From Gammaproteobacteria bacterium (GTDB taxonomy: Bacteria; Pseudomonadota; Gammaproteobacteria; GCA-002705445; GCA-002716945): a stretch of 48,250 bases of DNA. The notes under the pieces were generated by a model. It saw only the letters and a program-made list of their open reading frames with translations. It ran no database searches and had not been told where the DNA came from. Shown here piece after piece: positions 45,520 through 48,250 of the stretch (positions are counted from its first letter, which is position 1; every line of letters starts with the position of its first letter). The position numbers and the translations under genes are program-made. Location: assembly GCA_045561295.1 (NCBI GenBank), contig JBJKYD010000001.1:1-48250 (forward strand), written 5' to 3'.

Positions 45520-46813
45520 AGATATCAGCTCCTTGTTGTCTCATTAAATCAATGAAGTTTGGAAATGATGTTGAGATATTTTTGGTATCAATAATAGTAA
45601 TAGATTTTTTTGAGACTAGAGCAGCTATAGCAAATGCCATAGCAATACGATGATCTCCATAACTATTTATCTTACCACCCAATATCTCTCCACCATTTAT
45701 TTCGATTGAATCAATTTTTGATGTAACTTTAATGCCAATTGCAATTAATCCCTCTTCCATAGATTTAATCCTATCACTCTCTTTATATCGTAATTCTTCT
45801 ATACCAGATATTTTTGAAACTCCTGATGAAACAGCACATGCAATAAATAATATAGGCAGCTCGTCTATTAATGTAGATATTATTTCTCCATCTATATTTA
45901 AGGGTTTAAGTTGACTTGATTTAATTATTAGATCTCCTATTTCTTCATTTGAATCAAGGCGTATATTAGTTATAGTTATGTTTGCACCCATTTTTTTTAG
46001 AACAGTAATAATTCCGGTTCTGTACTTATTTATATTTACATTAGGAATTGTAATTTCAGAATTCTTTAATATTAGTGTAGCAACAATAAAAAAAGCGGCA
46101 GATGAAATATCAGAGCCAATATTTATGTCTTTAGCTAAAAGATTTTGACAACCCTTAAATCTAATTTCATGTTCAAATTTATCAATATCATAGCCTAAAT
46201 GCTCAAGTAAGTTTTCAGTATGATTACGTGTTACAATATTTTCATAAAATTTTGATTCTCCCTTTATGAATAATGCAGCTAGCATCAAGCATGATTTTAC
46301 CTGAGCACTTGCTACATCTTGTTTATAATTTATAGGTGAAAGTTTAGTATTACCTGTAATTTTTAAAGGTGCCATAAAATTATTAGAATCTATCGTTGCT
46401 CCGTGCGCAACTAAAGGATTTATAATTCTCCTCATTGGCCTTGTATTGAGTGATTTATCTCCAGTAATAGTTGAACTGAAGTTTTGGACAGAGAGAATAC
46501 CAGCTAGTAGTCGAATAAGAGTCCCAGAATTCCCAGCATTTATAGTATTATTTGGCTTTTTGAAATTATTAAGACCTATTCCTTCTATCATAATTTGTTC
46601 ATTATAATCTGTAATTTTAGCGCCCAGACTTCTCATAGCAGAAATCGTTTTAAGACAGTCATCAGATTTAAGAAAATTAGTTATCGTAAGTTTACCCTTA
46701 GCTATGGAACCTAGAATTACGCTTCTGTGTGAAATAGATTTATCACCGGGAATAATTATCTTACCAAAGAATGGCTTAGATTTGTTAACAATCAGATTAT
46801 TCGAAGAACTCAT
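45509..46813 (-). CDS. aroA: EPSP synthase
   Basis: PGDKSISHR, GNSGT, SAQVKS, ELRYKESDRI, DHRIAM. Confidence 0.99.
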   Translation of the reverse strand: MSSSNNLIVNKSKPFFGKIIIPGDKSISHRSVILGSIAKGKLTITNFLKSDDCLKTISAMRSLGAKITDYNEQIMIEGIGLNNFKKPNNTINAGNSGTLIRLLAGILSVQNFSSTITGDKSLNTRPMRRIINPLVAHGATIDSNNFMAPLKITGNTKLSPINYKQDVASAQVKSCLMLAALFIKGESKFYENIVTRNHTENLLEHLGYDIDKFEHEIRFKGCQNLLAKDINIGSDISSAAFFIVATLILKNSEITIPNVNINKYRTGIITVLKKMGANITITNIRLDSNEEIGDLIIKSSQLKPLNIDGEIISTLIDELPILFIACAVSSGVSKISGIEELRYKESDRIKSMEEGLIAIGIKVTSKIDSIEINGGEILGGKINSYGDHRIAMAFAIAALVSKKSITIIDTKNISTSFPNFIDLMRQQGADIYEL

Positions 46814-47658
46814 TTTGTTTTTGATTGTATTTTGCTTAAAAGACGTTTTATTTTATTTGCATCTGATTCTGATATTATTTTTTTTAGATTTGAAATATTT
46901 TTTTCAATACGATTGATTGATTTTATTAGATTAGATTTATTATTTATAAAAATATCTGTCCACATCTTAGGGTCACTTTTGCTAAGTCTAACGTGCTCTT
47001 TTATACCGCCTCCAAGAAGCAATGATAAATTATTATTTATGATTGATTGGGGTAACGACTGCATAAAGATATAAGACATTAAGTGTGAAATATGACTGGT
47101 CTGAGACATTAAAGAATCATGTTGATTCTTTGTTAAATTATATGTAAATGATCCTAATGATTTCCAAAAGTTATTTAATGATTTATAGGTTGAATTACTA
47201 CATTTAAGTTTGTCTATTAAAAAAATAATTTTATCTTTATACATATCTGATTGATTATTTCGGATACCAGATTTTTCAGATCCTACCATCGGATGAGAGC
47301 TTAAATAGCTTATTTTGGTTTTTGATAATATTTTATAAATATTATTATGCATATTACCCTTAGAGCTTCCAATATCTGTAAGTATAGATTTTTTTGTTAT
47401 TATCTTACTTAACTTCAAAGTGAGTTCTGCATACGAACTTATAGGTGTGCATAAAATAATTAAATCAGGGTGGTCAATATCACTAATTTTAGAAATAGCG
47501 GAGTCTACTATTTTATTTTTTAAAGCATAATCTAGAGATTTGAGGTTAGTATCGTAACCAGTTATTTTTTTTGTTATTTTATTTTTTTTAATTGACTTGC
47601 ATAATGAAGCTCCCATCATGCCAAGGCCTACAATAAATATATTATTATATTTTATCAC
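46810..47658 (-). CDS. tyrA: Prephenate/cyclohexadienyl dehydrogenase
   Basis: GLGMMGAS, TDIGSSK, HPMVGSEKSG, HD......SH..H, SDPKMWTDIF. Confidence 0.93.
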   Translation of the reverse strand: MIKYNNIFIVGLGMMGASLCKSIKKNKITKKITGYDTNLKSLDYALKNKIVDSAISKISDIDHPDLIILCTPISSYAELTLKLSKIITKKSILTDIGSSKGNMHNNIYKILSKTKISYLSSHPMVGSEKSGIRNNQSDMYKDKIIFLIDKLKCSNSTYKSLNNFWKSLGSFTYNLTKNQHDSLMSQTSHISHLMSYIFMQSLPQSIINNNLSLLLGGGIKEHVRLSKSDPKMWTDIFINNKSNLIKSINRIEKNISNLKKIISESDANKIKRLLSKIQSKTK

Positions 47659-48250
47659 TATAAAACAACTTCATATGTTTAATAAAAATATTATTATCAT
47701 GGGGAGTTCCAAGTGAAACACGGAGATAATCTGTGAGTCCGTAATTAGCTAAAGGTCGAACTATCACTCCTTTTTTAAGTAGATATTCAAATAATTGTTT
47801 TGATTGTTTGCCAGCTCTAAAGGTAATAAAATTACAGTATGTCCCCAAATAATCAATAGATAACCTATTAAATAGATTGGTAAGTTTAGTCCTAGCAATG
47901 TCATTGTTCTCTTTGCTTTCCCGCGTAAACGTAAAATCTTTTAAGGCTAGTAGTGCAGCTTTTTGGCAAATAAATTACTGTTGAATGGTTGTTTATAACT
48001 TTTTAATTTAGATATATTATCTTGTGACGATATGCCATACCCGACTCTCAAGGACGCTAAACCATATATTTTAGAAAATGATCTCGTCACATATAAATTT
48101 TTATATTTATTAATTAGACTGACTGCAGTTTTATTGACCTTTGGGTTTAAGTACTCATAATAAGCTTCATCAATAATTACAGAGATATTTTTAGATACTG
48201 ACTGGAGAAAGTTATCGATTTCCGACAAATTTATGTATGTTCCAGTTGGA
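47645..48250 (-). CDS. hisC: Histidinol-phosphate aminotransferase, C-terminal part, one frameshift near 47965 (runs off window end)
   Basis: IDEAYYE, TRSFSKIYGLASLRVGY, PFN, GVIVR....YG...YLRVSLGT; adding one base restores LFAQKAALLAL. Confidence 0.93.

Noticed and set aside
47940-47970. hisC pseudogene
   Set aside because: A single missing base; both parts keep their motifs with no additional stops.

Overview
A 48 kb AT-rich, very gene-dense core-chromosome segment from a streamlined Gammaproteobacterium. Conserved clusters are recognisable: dnaB-rplI-rpsR-rpsF-rlmB-purA-hisZ-hflCK-miaA-tsaE-nnr, sppA-rluC/rne, mltF-dapD, ligA-smc/queF, der-bamB-yfgM-hisS-ndk, isc-hsc-fdx, trmJ/suhB, secFD-yajC-tgt-queA, tRNA-Leu(CAA)-zapE, and pyrF-lapBA-ihfB-rpsA-cmk-aroA-tyrA-hisC. 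Many usual members are missing from these clusters (amiB, mutL, hfq, hflX, rnr, zipA, rlmN/rodZ/ispG, iscU). I saw no mobile elements or CRISPR. Frameshifts in rne, hisS, rpsA and hisC are most likely sequencing or assembly indels. Main observations: (1) a stand-alone 147-aa protein resembling a half-size sulfur oxygenase reductase that keeps the Cys + HxxxH + Glu pattern, inserted between queA and tRNA-Leu; (2) a 926-aa SMC with no recognisable hinge; (3) an ISC operon with HscBA/Fdx/IscX but no IscU, under a clear IscR box and a probably leaderless promoter; (4) a SuhB with a degenerate catalytic motif. All family assignments come from motif recognition by eye, not database searches.
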